Below, piece after piece: positions 63,566 to 64,000 of a stretch of 64,000 bases of DNA. This DNA is from Phoronis australis (taxonomy: Eukaryota; Animalia; Phoronida), in the NCBI GenBank assembly GCA_002633005.1, contig NMRA01000120.1, positions 497,940-561,939 of the forward strand. The letters run 5' to 3'. Under the pieces are notes generated by a model. That model saw only the letters and a program-made list of their open reading frames with translations, did not search any database and was not told the origin of the DNA. A program made the translations under genes and the position numbers. How positions within the stretch are numbered: the first letter of the stretch is position 1; each line of letters opens with the position of its first letter.

Positions 63566-64000
63566 CTGAAAGAGGAAGAAGACATGAGCAAAGAACTACT
63601 TCGTATAAAATAATTGCAACTGAACTTGGCAACCAAAAACTTGTTTTATCAAAGACCGCGCACCATAATTTCGAAATAATTTTTTTACCTAAATTGTTTA
63701 TTCATTAGGAAAGTGAGAGTTAATGTCACCTAAAGCTAAAGTAACAGAAGGAATTGTTATGTTGCTGCATTTAATTAAAGTTTGCGCAGCGGTAACTAGG
63801 TCACACTGAAATCAAAAATTTTGAATTCAGAAAACCAAGTTAGTGAGAGGCAAATCTTCATTTTAACAACCGTTTGGTTGAACTCCATGGTTTTACCAAT
63901 AATATTTGTATAGTAATTATGGAAGGCTAACTTGTAGTATTAAAAAACAAATCATTGAAGTTTTCATTCCAAAATATGAACCACAGATGGCGCTGCATGG

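Overview
AT-rich eukaryotic genomic DNA, most likely from an invertebrate animal, in a draft assembly with one 383-N gap and two single Ns. It is not prokaryotic, and almost all short ORFs in the track are noise. Two convergent spliced genes were reconstructed by hand with consistent splice phases: a complete CCDC142-like gene on + (9 coding exons, 14164-34942, about 1000 aa) and the 3' 15 exons of a HECTD2-like HECT E3 ligase on - (63565-40018, 575 aa visible, 5' end beyond the window). Introns and flanks contain many non-autonomous DNA transposons. CCDC142 intron 4 holds a decayed antisense CMC/EnSpm-like element with a transposase C-terminus and a spliced DUF4806-like second gene. The best leads are a U12 (minor spliceosome) GT-AG intron in HECTD2, a possible chain of 17-27 nt microexons in the largest visible HECTD2 intron, a PP1-docking-type motif in CCDC142, a CATG-ended MITE family with 5-bp TSDs, and a fold-back element in the CCDC142 3' region. 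I found no evidence of a wholly new multi-gene system. Family assignments rest on remembered sequences and motifs, not on searches.
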